Source: an uncultured delta proteobacterium
GTDB lineage: Bacteria; Desulfobacterota; Syntrophia; Syntrophales; UBA2185
Direction of reading: 5' to 3'
NCBI GenBank assembly: GCA_963695875.1
Contig: CAVOID010000007.1
Coordinates: forward strand, 64,001 to 128,000
Length of the DNA stretch: 64,000 nucleotides
Each line of letters opens with the position of its first letter. Position 1 is the first letter of the stretch. A model generated the notes under the pieces. The model was not told where the DNA came from, did not search any database, and saw only the letters and a list, made by a program, of their open reading frames with translations. Both the position numbers and the translations under genes were made by a program. Shown here in pieces: positions 20,047 to 30,734 of this stretch.

Positions 20047-20811
20047 ATGAAAACAATGTATAGACTAGTAGTAATGATGGTGGTGGCTGTGGTTGTCGCT
20101 CTGCTAATGACCAGTGTTGCTGTGCGTGCGTCCGAGATGGATGACCGTATCACAACATCGGCCCAAAAGTCGTATGTGTTCAAGACCTACCTTCAGGGTG
20201 ATGATATTAAGGTCCAGTCCATGGATGGCGTTGTTACCTTAACGGGAACTGTCTCCGAGGAATACCACAAATCATTGGCCCAGGAAACCGTAGCAGGCCT
20301 CCCCGGTGTCAAGAGTGTGGACAACAGGCTGGAAATCAAAGGTGCACCCCCCACCGCAAACTCGGACACATGGCTCCGTGATAAAGTGAAAGTCACGCTC
20401 TTGTTTCATCGTAGCGTGAGCGCCAGTACAACCGAGGTTGACGTAAAAGACGGCATCGTGACCCTGCGAGGCGATGCTGCCAGTCAGGCACAAAAGGAAT
20501 TGACGACTGAATACGCCAAGGATGTCGAAGGGGTTAAAGGTGTAAATAATGAGATGACCGTGACAAAGACCTCGAAAAAGACGCAAACGGTAGGCGAAAA
20601 GATTGATGATGCTTCCATCACCGCCCAGGTCAAGCTGACGTTGCTATATCACCGCTCGACCAGTGCCCTCAAGACCAAAGTCGAGACGAATAGTGGCGTG
20701 GTAACATTGTATGGTAAGGCCAGCAACGTAGCCGAATTGGACCTGGCCACCAAACTCGCCAACGACGTAAACGGTGTTAAGGGTGTAAAGAATCGGATGA
20801 CCATTAACTAG
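20047..20811 (+). CDS. Triple-BON periplasmic protein, copy 2
   Basis: Paralog of 16886..17641 including upstream leader. Confidence 0.9.
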   Translation: MKTMYRLVVMMVVAVVVALLMTSVAVRASEMDDRITTSAQKSYVFKTYLQGDDIKVQSMDGVVTLTGTVSEEYHKSLAQETVAGLPGVKSVDNRLEIKGAPPTANSDTWLRDKVKVTLLFHRSVSASTTEVDVKDGIVTLRGDAASQAQKELTTEYAKDVEGVKGVNNEMTVTKTSKKTQTVGEKIDDASITAQVKLTLLYHRSTSALKTKVETNSGVVTLYGKASNVAELDLATKLANDVNGVKGVKNRMTIN

Positions 20812-21012
20812 TCCGAGTCCAAGAACAAAGGGACTGTATGATCACTGCCGGCTATCTGATGACTGGTGTCTGGGTGCGTCGGCCGGCAACGGTGCGGGAA
20901 AAGACAGACCGCGGTAAAAATTGTATTCCCCGCAGTTCCACGAATTGAGAATTTGCATTCAGCGGAAGTGATAAATGAATAATAACAACTAAAATGTAAA
21001 GGAGACCTTATT

Positions 21013-22220
21013 ATGAGAAGAATCGGTTATGGATTATATTTTTTTGATGTTTTTCATACTGTTTACCGGTTGTGCGACATTTAAACCGGTTGATCTTAAC
21101 CCGCGGATTAAATCAGGGCAATTGGTTCAGAAAACGGACAATTTCATTGTCCTCTTTGACAAATCTGCTTCCATGGGTGAGTCGAAGAAGACGGAGCTGC
21201 TAGACGATCCGCTGTCGCAGAAAGTTGGTGCATCCACTCGTCTGATACATGGGAAAGATGCTACAAAAAACATGATAGCGACGATTCCAGAAATCAGGTT
21301 GAACGCAGGGCTCAGGACTTTCTGGTCCGAAGAAACTGCTCTTATTTATGGAATGAAGTCCCTTGTCAAAGAAGATTATACGAAGGCAATAAACTCTATC
21401 GAACATGTCAACGGTAGAACTCCTATGGGAGAGGTTATTACGGCAGCAGGCAATGATCTCAAATCGGTGGAGGGTAATTCGGCCATTATTATTGTCAGTG
21501 ATTTTTCTGAAATTCCGGGTGTTGATGACATCAGGCCCGCAGAGGTCATGAAGGCCATAACCAAAGTTAACGCAGACTACGGCGACAAGCTCTGTGTTTA
21601 TGCTATTCAGGTAGGATATACTCCCGATGGGAAAGAACTTTCAGAACAGATTGTGCAGAACGTTATAGGCGGATATACCGTAAATGCTGATAAACTGGTA
21701 ACCCCGGCAGCCATGGCCGCTTTTGTGGAAAAAGTAATCTCCGGAAATTGCTCTCGTTATCAAGAGCTGTTTGCAAAGCGAAAGGAGAAGGTCGTTATCC
21801 TGGCGTCTGAACCAAAGGTCGAGGAGAAGGTAATGGTCGCCGCAGCTGAGCCGAAGGTCATTATTCTTGCTTTTGAGGACGTACATTTTGATTTCGATAA
21901 GTCGACCCTTAAGCCAGAAGCACAGACGATCCTGAAAAGGAATATCCAGCTTCTGAAAGATAACCCTAAAGCTAAAGCTCCGCATTGCAGGGTATACCTC
22001 TGCTTCCGGCACTGATGCTTACAATCAGAAGTTAAGCGAAAGAAGGGCAAATGCTGTCCAGGCATACCTTATTAGCGAAGGCGTTATTGCACCGGACAGG
22101 CTTTCCACAATCGGCTATGGCGAGACAAACCCGGCAATGTATGAAGCAGCGCCTAAAGAGCTTTACTCAAAAGAAGCAAAGGCAAACATGAGGGTTCTTT
22201 TTGAAATCATCGTGCAATAG
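21013..22220 (+). CDS. vWA-like plus OmpA_C lipoprotein (frameshifts at ~21040 and ~21975)
   Basis: FTGC lipobox; LFDKSAS MIDAS-like motif; VHFDFDKS; shifted frame continues RIAGYTSASGTDAYNQKLSERRA...FEIIVQ*. Confidence 0.8.
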
Positions 22221-22391
22221 GAGCATCAGGTTAAGGGTCCGTAAAGGTGTTTTACGTTGATGCGGACCCTTGCGTTTGAAACAAAATAGCCTGGAAAAGG
22301 CTACGGTATTTCAAAACCGGTCGACAACGATATAGCACAGGCAAAGGTCAGCATAAAGAACGACCGGGTGACAACAGAAAGGAGGCGCGAA

Positions 22392-22613
22392 ATGAAAACA
22401 TATACGTTAGCAGGGATCATCCTTATCGTGATCGGAATCGCCGCGCTCGCGTATCAGGGTATCACCTACACGACCAGGGAAAAGGTCGTCGATATCGGTC
22501 CCATCCAGATGACTGCCGAGAAGACGAAAACGCTTCCCCTGCCGCCGATCGTGGGAGGGGTCGCGCTCGTGGGCGGCATTGTATTGCTGGTCATGGGAAG
22601 CAAGAAGAGCTGA
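22392..22613 (+). CDS. DUF3185-like small membrane protein, copy 1
   Basis: GIILIVIGIAALAYQGITYTTREKVVDIGP...LPPIVGG; AGGAGG RBS. Confidence 0.8.
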   Translation: MKTYTLAGIILIVIGIAALAYQGITYTTREKVVDIGPIQMTAEKTKTLPLPPIVGGVALVGGIVLLVMGSKKS

Positions 22614-22649
22614 TCAAAGGCAAAACATTTCAACTACGAGTCGATTAGT

Positions 22650-22712
22650 ATGAAGGAGAAAGAAAAGCATACGAAGAAAAGATAGATGCGCAGTTGGCGG
22701 AATGGAATCATT
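22650..22712 (+). pseudogene. 5' remnant of a small coiled-coil stress protein gene
   Basis: Encodes KAYEEKIDAQLAEWN, then breaks off. Confidence 0.45.
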
Positions 22713-22772
22713 GGAGAGCGGCAGAGAAGCATATAGTAAAATGAGCTTAAAACATTCTGTAGGAGATAAATC

Positions 22773-24069
22773 ATGTTAAAAAATTTCTTAAGAAAGTTTT
22801 CATTTTTGATGGTGAGTTTATTGCTTGTCAGTTGTGCTTCTCAAAAATCCATTACCCCAATTAGCGCCGCAGACCTCAATCCAGAATTGAATTCAGGCCA
22901 GCCTACCCAGAAGGTCGATAACCTTATAGCTGAAAAACCGATAGCTGTTCCCCCATCTCAACCTGTTGAAGTTGAAAAAGAGGTGAAGCCTGTAAAAGAA
23001 ACCGGCTCAGCAATAGAGCAGACACCAGTTTCTAAAACGGAACCTGTGCCAGAAAATGTTTCCATTACCCTGAATGTACAATTTGACACCGGCAAAGCAA
23101 ACATCAAACCAAAGTATCACAATGACATTAAGAGAATTGCCGACTTTATGAGCAAATATCCCTCAACGTCGGCGATCATCGAAGGACATACAGATAATGT
23201 CGGCAAAGAGGCGGTCAATGTTAAACTATCCTAGCGACGTGCCGCTAATATAAAAGCGTATCTTGCAGAGAAGTTTGGTATCGACAGTTCACGCATTAAG
23301 GTGATTGGCTATGATTACCAAAAACCCATCGCAAGCAACAAAACGGCGGAAGGAAGACAAAAGAACCGTAGAGGCGAAACCCACATTGAAACTAATGTAA
23401 TCCCGAATAGTTTATACTCTTTTTTTGAAGATTCAGATCTTCCTAAAGGTGGATTTTCTATAGTAAATCAAGAAACAATTGATGCAAAGATTAAATCTTT
23501 TAAGGAAAAACAGGGAGTCGCATCCTATTCTTCAAAAATAGTTAAAGGGCCTACGCTGGAACTTTATGCAATGTGGGGGGGGATCTTTTCTCACTGTGCC
23601 ATTCGTATCGAAACAGATCCACATTCATTTTATCAGCTTGAGTTACAAACTTTGCCTGATTTAAAAAAAGCGGGCATGAAAGATTATCATAAAATTGGGG
23701 CGGCAATAAATTTATTAGGTGTGACCAAAGATCAATTTGATGTTGTGGAATTTACCGACAAAAATGAACGAGAATAAATTGGATAATTCAGAACCCAATT
23801 ATGCAACAATGCCAATTTGCATTGACAAAAAAGCCACCAAGAAAACAACCCAATGGTATAAGGATTGCCTAAGTCGCTATGCCGGAAGTTACAATCCTGA
23901 AAATGCACTAAAAGCTGGGAAACCAACAAAAGTATTCGAATATGATCCGCCTACCCACAATTGCTGTAACTTTGCAGAAGAGGCTTTAAAAGCTTGTGGA
24001 TTAGCACATTGTTTTGATTTGGGAAAAAGCACCGGCCTTTATCACAAAACTGGCCCGCTGGAAGAATAA
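22773..24069 (+). pseudogene. OmpA_C lipoprotein fused to a putative permuted papain-like peptidase (in-frame TAG 23232-23234, frameshift ~23770)
   Basis: LVSC lipobox; IEGHTD...KLS*RRA...NRR in one frame; then FSHCAIRI and YDPPTHNCCNFA. Confidence 0.7.
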
Positions 24070-24199
24070 CTACAGTGCTGATGCTATTAAAGGGATCATG
24101 CTTTAGTTTTTGGATAGGTGTGCACATCCGAAAGGAACAATCGAAAAAGTAGGACCGATTTTTCGAGGATAGCTCAGACCTAAACATAAGAATTTTATC

Positions 24200-25087
24200 T
24201 CAAAACCTGAAATGTTCCTTACTCATATTGTCGGTCTTACTCTCAAGTTCTGCTATGACCTGTGCGCCCAATAGGATGATTAATGCAGCGGCTTCTATAC
24301 TGAGAAGGAAGACCACCGTTGAGGCCACAGAACCGTAGATGATATCTACGAAAGATACTGACTTGTAGTACCAGACAACGATGCGACGGGTTATCTCCCA
24401 CAGAATCGTGGCGGTCAGACCTCCAATCAATGCGTGATGGAACGTGATTCGCCCAATGGGCATTACAAGATATAGGGAGGTGATCATAAGCATTTCACCA
24501 ATTAACCCCGATAAATAGAATACAATTCTAGTGGCGCCTTCGGGGCTGAGAGTCCATCCAAAAAGTATTAATTGCCTGTTGTCCATTGCCTCCAATAGTC
24601 CAGCAATAAACGACATTGACAATATAGCCAAACCAATTAAAAAAATGTACACATAAGGAATAATGACTGAAATGAGAACGTGCCGACGCTGAATTCTGCG
24701 ACGGTGAGAAAAAATCGCCATCATCGCATTTTCAAACACGGTGAAGGCTATAGAACTAAAAAACAACATGGAGAGAAATCCGATCAAACCATACAAGCTA
24801 CGATGTTCAAGAAATACACGGACGTGTTCAGCCAAAGTAGCTGCGTACCCGGGAATCGCCATCTCCAGGTATATCGAAATAATTTGGAACAACTGTTCCT
24901 GTTCCATAAAATGCGACAGCAATATTAGAGTGAGAGTTGACAAGGGAACGATCGACAAAAGAGTATAATAAGCAATGGCACCGGATAACAAGAGCCCCTG
25001 GTTGCGTCTGAAACTTCGCACTACCCGCAGCAGGAAGCTAAAGAAACGACCCATGATCCAATTTATATTTTGAAATTTGTTCTTCAT
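24200..25087 (-). CDS. YihY/BrkB family membrane protein
   Basis: SGAIAYYTLLSIVP, ALIGG...LWE, IYGSVASTVVFL...LLGA. Confidence 0.88.
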   Translation of the reverse strand: MKNKFQNINWIMGRFFSFLLRVVRSFRRNQGLLLSGAIAYYTLLSIVPLSTLTLILLSHFMEQEQLFQIISIYLEMAIPGYAATLAEHVRVFLEHRSLYGLIGFLSMLFFSSIAFTVFENAMMAIFSHRRRIQRRHVLISVIIPYVYIFLIGLAILSMSFIAGLLEAMDNRQLILFGWTLSPEGATRIVFYLSGLIGEMLMITSLYLVMPIGRITFHHALIGGLTATILWEITRRIVVWYYKSVSFVDIIYGSVASTVVFLLSIEAAALIILLGAQVIAELESKTDNMSKEHFRF

Positions 25088-25180
25088 GAGTCCACCAGCC
25101 TGATATTCCAGTCCTCCGGAAGGATGGCAGCAGCAGGTCATGAATAACATAGAATTGGTAGTCTTTCACAATGAGACGAA

Positions 25181-26496
25181 TTGCCTCAAATTAAATGTTA
25201 CCCAAGAGGTGTTTAAAAAAGGATCGTTGACTCATAAATAGGTGTTACCGAACACCGACTCCAAAAAGGAGGATAATCTATGAGTCCACGATCGAAAAAA
25301 GAGTACACTAAGGCAATCCATTTACGCTATAAAAATGCTTCCCGCTATGAAAAAACAATTATCCTGAACGAGTTCTGCACAACGTGCGGATACCATAGAA
25401 AACATGCCATACGCCTTCTCAGGAGATTTAAACGCTTCACGAAGCCAAGACCGAAGAAACGAGGGAAGCCTCCCGTTTATCAAAATGAGGAGATTCTGAA
25501 GCCCTTAAAACAGATATGGCTGGCAGCAAATCTCCCCTGTTCAAAGCGTCTAAAAGCCATTTTACCTATCTGGTTGCCAGGATATATTCAACTCTACGGT
25601 GAACTCCTTCCACCGATCACAGAAGCTCTGGTAAAAATCTCACCAGCTACCATAGATAGACTTCTTAAACCCACCCGCATCCACTATAAAAAACGCGGCA
25701 GATCTACAACAAAACCGGGAACTCTCTTAAGGAAACAAATACCTATACAAACAAACCAATGGGATGAATCAAAACCGGGATTCCTTGAAGCCGATACCGT
25801 AGCCCATTGTGGAGAGTCATTGCTGGGAATGTACGCATATACCATAGACTGCGTGGACATTGCCACGGGATGGACGGAACAAAGAGCTGTGTGGGGTAAA
25901 GGAGAAACAGGCGTCCTCAAACAAATCAAAAACATAGAAAAAATGCTCCCCTTTCCACTCCTTGGCTTCGATTGCGATAACGGATCAGAGTTCTTAAATT
26001 ATCACCTCGTGAGACATTTTACCCGACGAAAACACCCCGTAAAATTTACCCGCAGCAGACCGTACCACAAAGATGATAACGCACATGTAGAACAGAAAAA
26101 CTGGACGCACGTACGCCAATGGCTCGGTTACCAGAGATTAGATAATCCCAGGGTCATCGCCCTTCTTAATAACCTCTACCGCAATGAATGGAGACTCTTC
26201 CACAACTTCTTCTGCCCGTCCGTGAAACTCATTGCCAAAGAACGCATCGGTTCTAAAACCACCAAACAACATGACTCGCCGAAAACCCCTTGTCAGAGAG
26301 TCATGGAATCTCCCCATATATCTGAATCAGTAAAACTCTCGCTCTCCAAACAGCTTGAAAACCGTAACCCATTTCTGCTAAGAAATGCTATGGAAACAAA
26401 ACTTAAAAAAATCTTCTCCCGCTGAGTAACATGTTTTATGAGTCAACGATCCTTACTTACTTCTATCCTTCGGTAACATTTATTTATGAGTCAACA
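25181..26496 (+). mobile_element. Insertion sequence with DDE (rve-like) transposase and doubled subterminal inverted repeats
   Basis: TTG(C/A)CTCA...TGTTACC at 25181 and 25227; inverted copies ending at ~26446 and ~26494. Confidence 0.85.
25280..26425 (+). CDS. DDE integrase-core transposase
   Basis: PGFLEADTVAH, DCDNGSEF, KDDNAHVEQKN. Confidence 0.9.
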   Translation: MSPRSKKEYTKAIHLRYKNASRYEKTIILNEFCTTCGYHRKHAIRLLRRFKRFTKPRPKKRGKPPVYQNEEILKPLKQIWLAANLPCSKRLKAILPIWLPGYIQLYGELLPPITEALVKISPATIDRLLKPTRIHYKKRGRSTTKPGTLLRKQIPIQTNQWDESKPGFLEADTVAHCGESLLGMYAYTIDCVDIATGWTEQRAVWGKGETGVLKQIKNIEKMLPFPLLGFDCDNGSEFLNYHLVRHFTRRKHPVKFTRSRPYHKDDNAHVEQKNWTHVRQWLGYQRLDNPRVIALLNNLYRNEWRLFHNFFCPSVKLIAKERIGSKTTKQHDSPKTPCQRVMESPHISESVKLSLSKQLENRNPFLLRNAMETKLKKIFSR

Positions 26497-26680
26497 GGGA
26501 GAGATGTCCTGATTTATGGCTACGAAAAACCTTACGATGAACTTCGTAAACGCTGATCTATTTGATGGGGACTTCCTTTTGTGATGTGGCAGTATATGAA
26601 GAACGGTCTTATGTATTAAGAAGAATGGATGTCAAGGTTGGTATTACCAATAGTTATCCTCAGTAATTTTAGATGGCGCT

Positions 26681-26828
26681 AATGTCGAGTATGAGGATGA
26701 CAGGTTGTGATGTTTGCTACTACTCTTTCACACACCCCATCTTATATCACATCAGGTATTTCGAAGTTAATAATCAGAGTTTCCCGTATAGCGCTCTTGT
26801 GAAAATTAATAATAATATGAGGCAAATC
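26681..26828 (+). repeat. Non-coding block duplicated at 30127..30270 (probable promoter region)
   Basis: TGTCGAG(T/A)ATGAGGAT...CATCAGGTATTT...TTTCCCGTAT...ATTAATAATAATAT(G/A)AGGCAAAT at both sites. Confidence 0.75.
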
Positions 26829-26929
26829 TTGGAGATACCGAGTTCAAGACCAACTCGACCGCTCGTTGACGGCTGTCATCAGAATGCGCCAGCCGGTAAA
26901 GAGCCTCAATAATTCGGGAGGGAGATCAT

Positions 26930-27079
26930 ATGCTGTGGATGATCGCTGTCATACTGATAGTTCTGTGGCTGTTGGGGTTGGTGAGTGGCTATACGATGGG
27001 TAATTTTATTCATATCCTGCTCGTCATTGCCATTATCATCGTCCTCGTCAGAGTCATTCAGGGGCGAAGGCCCATCTAG
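26930..27079 (+). CDS. lmo0937-family small membrane protein, copy 2
   Basis: MLWMIAVILIVLWLLGLVSGYTMGNFIHILLVIAIIIVLVRVIQGRRPI. Confidence 0.85.
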   Translation: MLWMIAVILIVLWLLGLVSGYTMGNFIHILLVIAIIIVLVRVIQGRRPI

Positions 27080-27244
27080 CTGTCAGTTCGAATGGGAAGA
27101 GTGGAAAGAAAGACCCTTGTTCTCGAAGATGAGGGAATGGTTTGCGCATTTATTTGACCACTGGATGTGAACCGAGAATTAAGCCGATGAAGGCCCGGGA
27201 AGGTCGTCAACCCGTGCAGGGTGACAACAGAAAGAAGGTGCGAA

Positions 27245-27466
27245 ATGAAAACATACACGTTGGCAGGTATCATCCTTATCGTGATCGGAATCGCCGCGCT
27301 CGCCTATCAGGGCATTACTTATACGACCAGGGAAAAGGTCGTCGATATCGGTCCCATCCAGATGACTGCGGAGAAGACAAAAACATTTCCCCTGCCGCCG
27401 ATAGTGGGAGGGGTCGCTCTCGTGGGCGGCATTGTATTGCTGGTCATGGGAAGCAAGAAAAGCTGA
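27245..27466 (+). CDS. DUF3185-like small membrane protein, copy 2
   Basis: Differs from 22392..22613 by one residue. Confidence 0.8.
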   Translation: MKTYTLAGIILIVIGIAALAYQGITYTTREKVVDIGPIQMTAEKTKTFPLPPIVGGVALVGGIVLLVMGSKKS

Positions 27467-27632
27467 TCAAAGGCAACAGCTACTCTTATAACTTACGGCC
27501 CAAATTTTGCCAATCAGCCCACCACTAACGTCTAAACCCTTGAGGAAGTATCCGAGAGGCTGCCCTGTTCCGGCGAAATCGGCCTTGGGATGCACACGGT
27601 GGTATTTTTTTACGAGATGAATAGGAGGACGT

Positions 27633-28082
27633 ATGATTTCAAAACTTCTTGTTCCGACAGACGGGTCAAGGGCAGCTCAGAAGGCAGCCATGTATGCGGT
27701 TGACCTTGCAAAACAGTTAAGTGCCTCAGTAATTGTCCTGAGCGTTATTGATAAGCGCTCATTTACAGGCCAGACAGTTCCCGCCAGGGAGACGGCAAGG
27801 CATGTAATAGAACCTATCGAGGATTATTTGAGAGAGGCTGCCGAAGGGTATGCTGAAGAAGTAAGAAAGCTCTGCGATAAAAATGGAGTCAAATCAAAGA
27901 CTGTTATAACAGCAGGGCATCCCGTTAAGGATATCGTGAAAGAGGCTTCCAGGGCAAAGGCAAATCTGATTATTATGGGTTCTCACGGGAAGAGCGCCCT
28001 AGCAGCCGCGGTCCTCGGCAGTGTTACATATGGCGTAATCCACAAAGAAACAAAAATCCCGGTACTCATTGTGAGAAGGTGA
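27633..28082 (+). CDS. Universal stress protein
   Basis: KLLVPTDGS...LIIMGSHG...LGSVT...PVLIVR. Confidence 0.92.
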   Translation: MISKLLVPTDGSRAAQKAAMYAVDLAKQLSASVIVLSVIDKRSFTGQTVPARETARHVIEPIEDYLREAAEGYAEEVRKLCDKNGVKSKTVITAGHPVKDIVKEASRAKANLIIMGSHGKSALAAAVLGSVTYGVIHKETKIPVLIVRR

Positions 28083-28546
28083 TGAATGGGAGCCGTCAGG
28101 CTTTTGATGCGTATACGTTTGCTGATATCGTAATATGAGTGATTATTAACATAGGAATGAAGTAAACAGCAAATGCAGACCGATATTAGGCAACACTGCT
28201 CTATTTTACGGAGAATTGCCCACAGGGCGATGCTTGATAGGGCATTGATGTCGGCACTCTGATTCGCGTATTCCTAAAACCTATCTTGGACAGATGATAA
28301 TCATCGAGATAATGGCAGGCATAAACAACCAGTGCAGAGAATAGAGACGAAGCCTTAAGGCAAAGGCGTAAAATAAAAAACCATGCAAACATAATTCTCT
28401 CTATTGTGGTAGGTTTGACCTACAAATACCCTCACAATCAATCAGCGTTGCTTTCAGTCCAATCCATCAATAAGATTACTTACATGGTTTTTTACCCAAT
28501 CTAAACCTAATAGAAATACAACAAATAAAGAAAAGGAGAAAAGAAT

Positions 28547-28840
28547 ATGGCAGCAAATGATTGTTTTAAGGGGCTGATTGTAGGCGGCTTGATCGGTGCA
28601 GCATTGGGCATCCTTTATGCTCCCAAAAGCGGCAAAGAAACAAGAGAGGAAATACGCAATTCTGCAGAGGAATTATTAGAAAAAGCAAAGAAACAGTATG
28701 AGGAGGCATGCAAAAGAATTGAGAAAGTGACAGTCCGTGAGAAGGAATTATATGCTGAGAAAAAGGAGAGACTAAAGGAAGCCGTAGAGGCTGGTGTAAA
28801 AGCCTTTAAGCAAGCGAAAACCGATGCTCCTCAAGCATAA
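28547..28840 (+). CDS. YtxH-like general stress protein
   Basis: GGLIGAALGILYAPKSGKETREEI. Confidence 0.88.
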   Translation: MAANDCFKGLIVGGLIGAALGILYAPKSGKETREEIRNSAEELLEKAKKQYEEACKRIEKVTVREKELYAEKKERLKEAVEAGVKAFKQAKTDAPQA

Positions 28841-28886
28841 CACATGCTATTTTGAGCTGATGGCTTTCTGACGGAGAAAGGGATCC

Positions 28887-29216
28887 ATGAAAAACAACAA
28901 AACAAATAAAATGAAAATTTCAGACTGGTTGGATGAAAAGGAAGCAGAGAACTTGGATGTATCTCAAATTGCATTGCCTGAAGACCTGTCTTATGATGAA
29001 GTCCCGGATGAAACTATTTTTTTCGAAGAGATTAATCCTTGCGGGATTCTCTGTTCAGAAAATCATCCCTTTTCTACGGTCGAGCGATTTGGACACTGGT
29101 ATTATTGCAGAGGTCGAGACAAGGAGGCCGGTATTCATTCATCAAAAATGGAGTGGGGGCTGTTTACAAAAGATAGAGATCTTGCTGTCCAAACGGCTAA
29201 AGCACACATAGAATAA
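28887..29216 (+). CDS. Hypothetical protein with Cys/His cluster
   Basis: 109-aa ORF containing PCGILCSENHP...HWYYC. Confidence 0.55.
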   Translation: MKNNKTNKMKISDWLDEKEAENLDVSQIALPEDLSYDEVPDETIFFEEINPCGILCSENHPFSTVERFGHWYYCRGRDKEAGIHSSKMEWGLFTKDRDLAVQTAKAHIE

Positions 29217-29492
29217 AGAATACCAGGACACCGAGGAACAAATTAGAATACTGGAAAGGGATCCAGAATATTATTTTTATTTGAAAGATGAAGCAATAAT
29301 ACATAAGCCACCGCCACAAAATAATTTGACAGGCTGGGGTAGGATTGAGGATCCAAATACTGGGGAATTGAGAGAAGGCCGGCTCCGCTAAAATCTGCTA
29401 GGTCAATCCATTGGTAGCTAAGTCGTTGGTATCGTGGTCTGCCTTGCGTCTTAATATCGTATTTACTGCTTTATAATATTGGAATGTCAGAT

Positions 29493-29846
29493 TTATTCTG
29501 ACCCGCCTCCAAGATCCAAATGAAATTTATGCAGAAACCGATGATATACAGGTGCAAAGAGAATAGCCACAAAGGTCAGAAACGATACCCCGCTGAATAA
29601 GGCATATAAAGCCGAAAATATTTTCCCAGCACTTGTGTTCAGATGATCAACCGGTCCCATTCCGGTCAGTATCATTGAGGCATTGAGAAATGAGTCAATC
29701 CAAGTCAATTCACCGAATACATTATATCCGACAGTACCTATTCCGATCGAAAAGAGTAAAATGACCATAGAAAAGAGAGTGTACCTGATCTGGCGGCGGA
29801 TAAACTGTCTGCGGCTGAGAAGCGGTTTCCTGTGGTGTTCTAGCAT
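29493..29846 (-). CDS. Two-TM ion-channel-like small protein
   Basis: GTVGY...WIDSFLNASMILTGMGP pore-helix pattern; likely start MLEHHRKPLL. Confidence 0.75.
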   Translation of the reverse strand: MLEHHRKPLLSRRQFIRRQIRYTLFSMVILLFSIGIGTVGYNVFGELTWIDSFLNASMILTGMGPVDHLNTSAGKIFSALYALFSGVSFLTFVAILFAPVYHRFLHKFHLDLGGGSE

Positions 29847-30290
29847 ATTCTTCTTTTGTTTATCGATGAATTTACTCGATTGAATTGATATTAATTGAGA
29901 TGAGTAAACCAAGTTCTCTCAATACCATAGGTTGATTGTTGTTTATTTTGTTAGTCGCTCGGTTTTCCGTCAGTGTCACAATATTGTAATATTATATCAG
30001 ATTTCTTATGGCTTTGTATACCAATAACTACAAATTGTAATCTACGACTAAACGCCAAAATGCTACTCCAACAGTTAAAGGAAGAAACAAATGCTGTATC
30101 CACTTACAAGCCACCAATCATGGATATTGTCGAGAATGAGGATCACAGGTCGTGACGTTTGTTACCGCTCTTTCACACCCATCTTACATCACATCAGGTA
30201 TTTGGAAGTTAAAAATCAGAATTTCCCGTATGGCACTTTTATGAATATTAATAATAATATAAGGCAAATTCAGAGAAAGGAGTGAGGATT

Positions 30291-30605
30291 ATGAAAAAGA
30301 GCTATACCGTTATCCGTTTTCTTGTCGTCCTGATGATGATCGCCGCCTTTGTGGCCTGCGCAGCGACACCGAAACAGGAAGGCACGGGGGAATACATCGA
30401 TGATTCCGTCATCACGGCTAAAATAAAAACTCAGCTCGCAACTGATGATTTTCTCAAGTCATTTCAGATCAGCGTAGAATCCCGCAAAGGCATCGTTCAG
30501 TTGAGCGGCTTCGTTAATTCTCAAAACGCTGTCGATAAGGCGGGCCAAATCGCAGGCGGCGTCGAAGGGGTCAAATCCGTCAAGAATGATCTCATCGTGA
30601 AATAG
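30291..30605 (+). CDS. Single-BON lipoprotein, copy 2
   Basis: Near-identical to 10165..10479. Confidence 0.9.
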   Translation: MKKSYTVIRFLVVLMMIAAFVACAATPKQEGTGEYIDDSVITAKIKTQLATDDFLKSFQISVESRKGIVQLSGFVNSQNAVDKAGQIAGGVEGVKSVKNDLIVK

Positions 30606-30734
30606 GCAGCCGTTGTCCTTTCCCGTGCCGATCACGCATTTCCGAGCAACACGGCGAGAAAAACCCTGTTGTTCGAAGGTCGGGGAACGTGTCAATGGCA
30701 ACGGCCATCAGAGGATGCGCATGATCAACCGGCC

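Noticed and set aside
25108..25140. CCGGAAGGATGGCAGC resembling the SRP RNA loop
   Set aside because: Deviates from CAGGTCCGGAAGGAAGCAGC and lacks the long enclosing stem
29212..29391. Open frame of ~59 codons after the hypothetical gene
   Set aside because: No credible start or RBS and no recognisable motif; at most a gene fragment
30230..30246. TGGCAC as a sigma-54 promoter
   Set aside because: No GC at the -12 position
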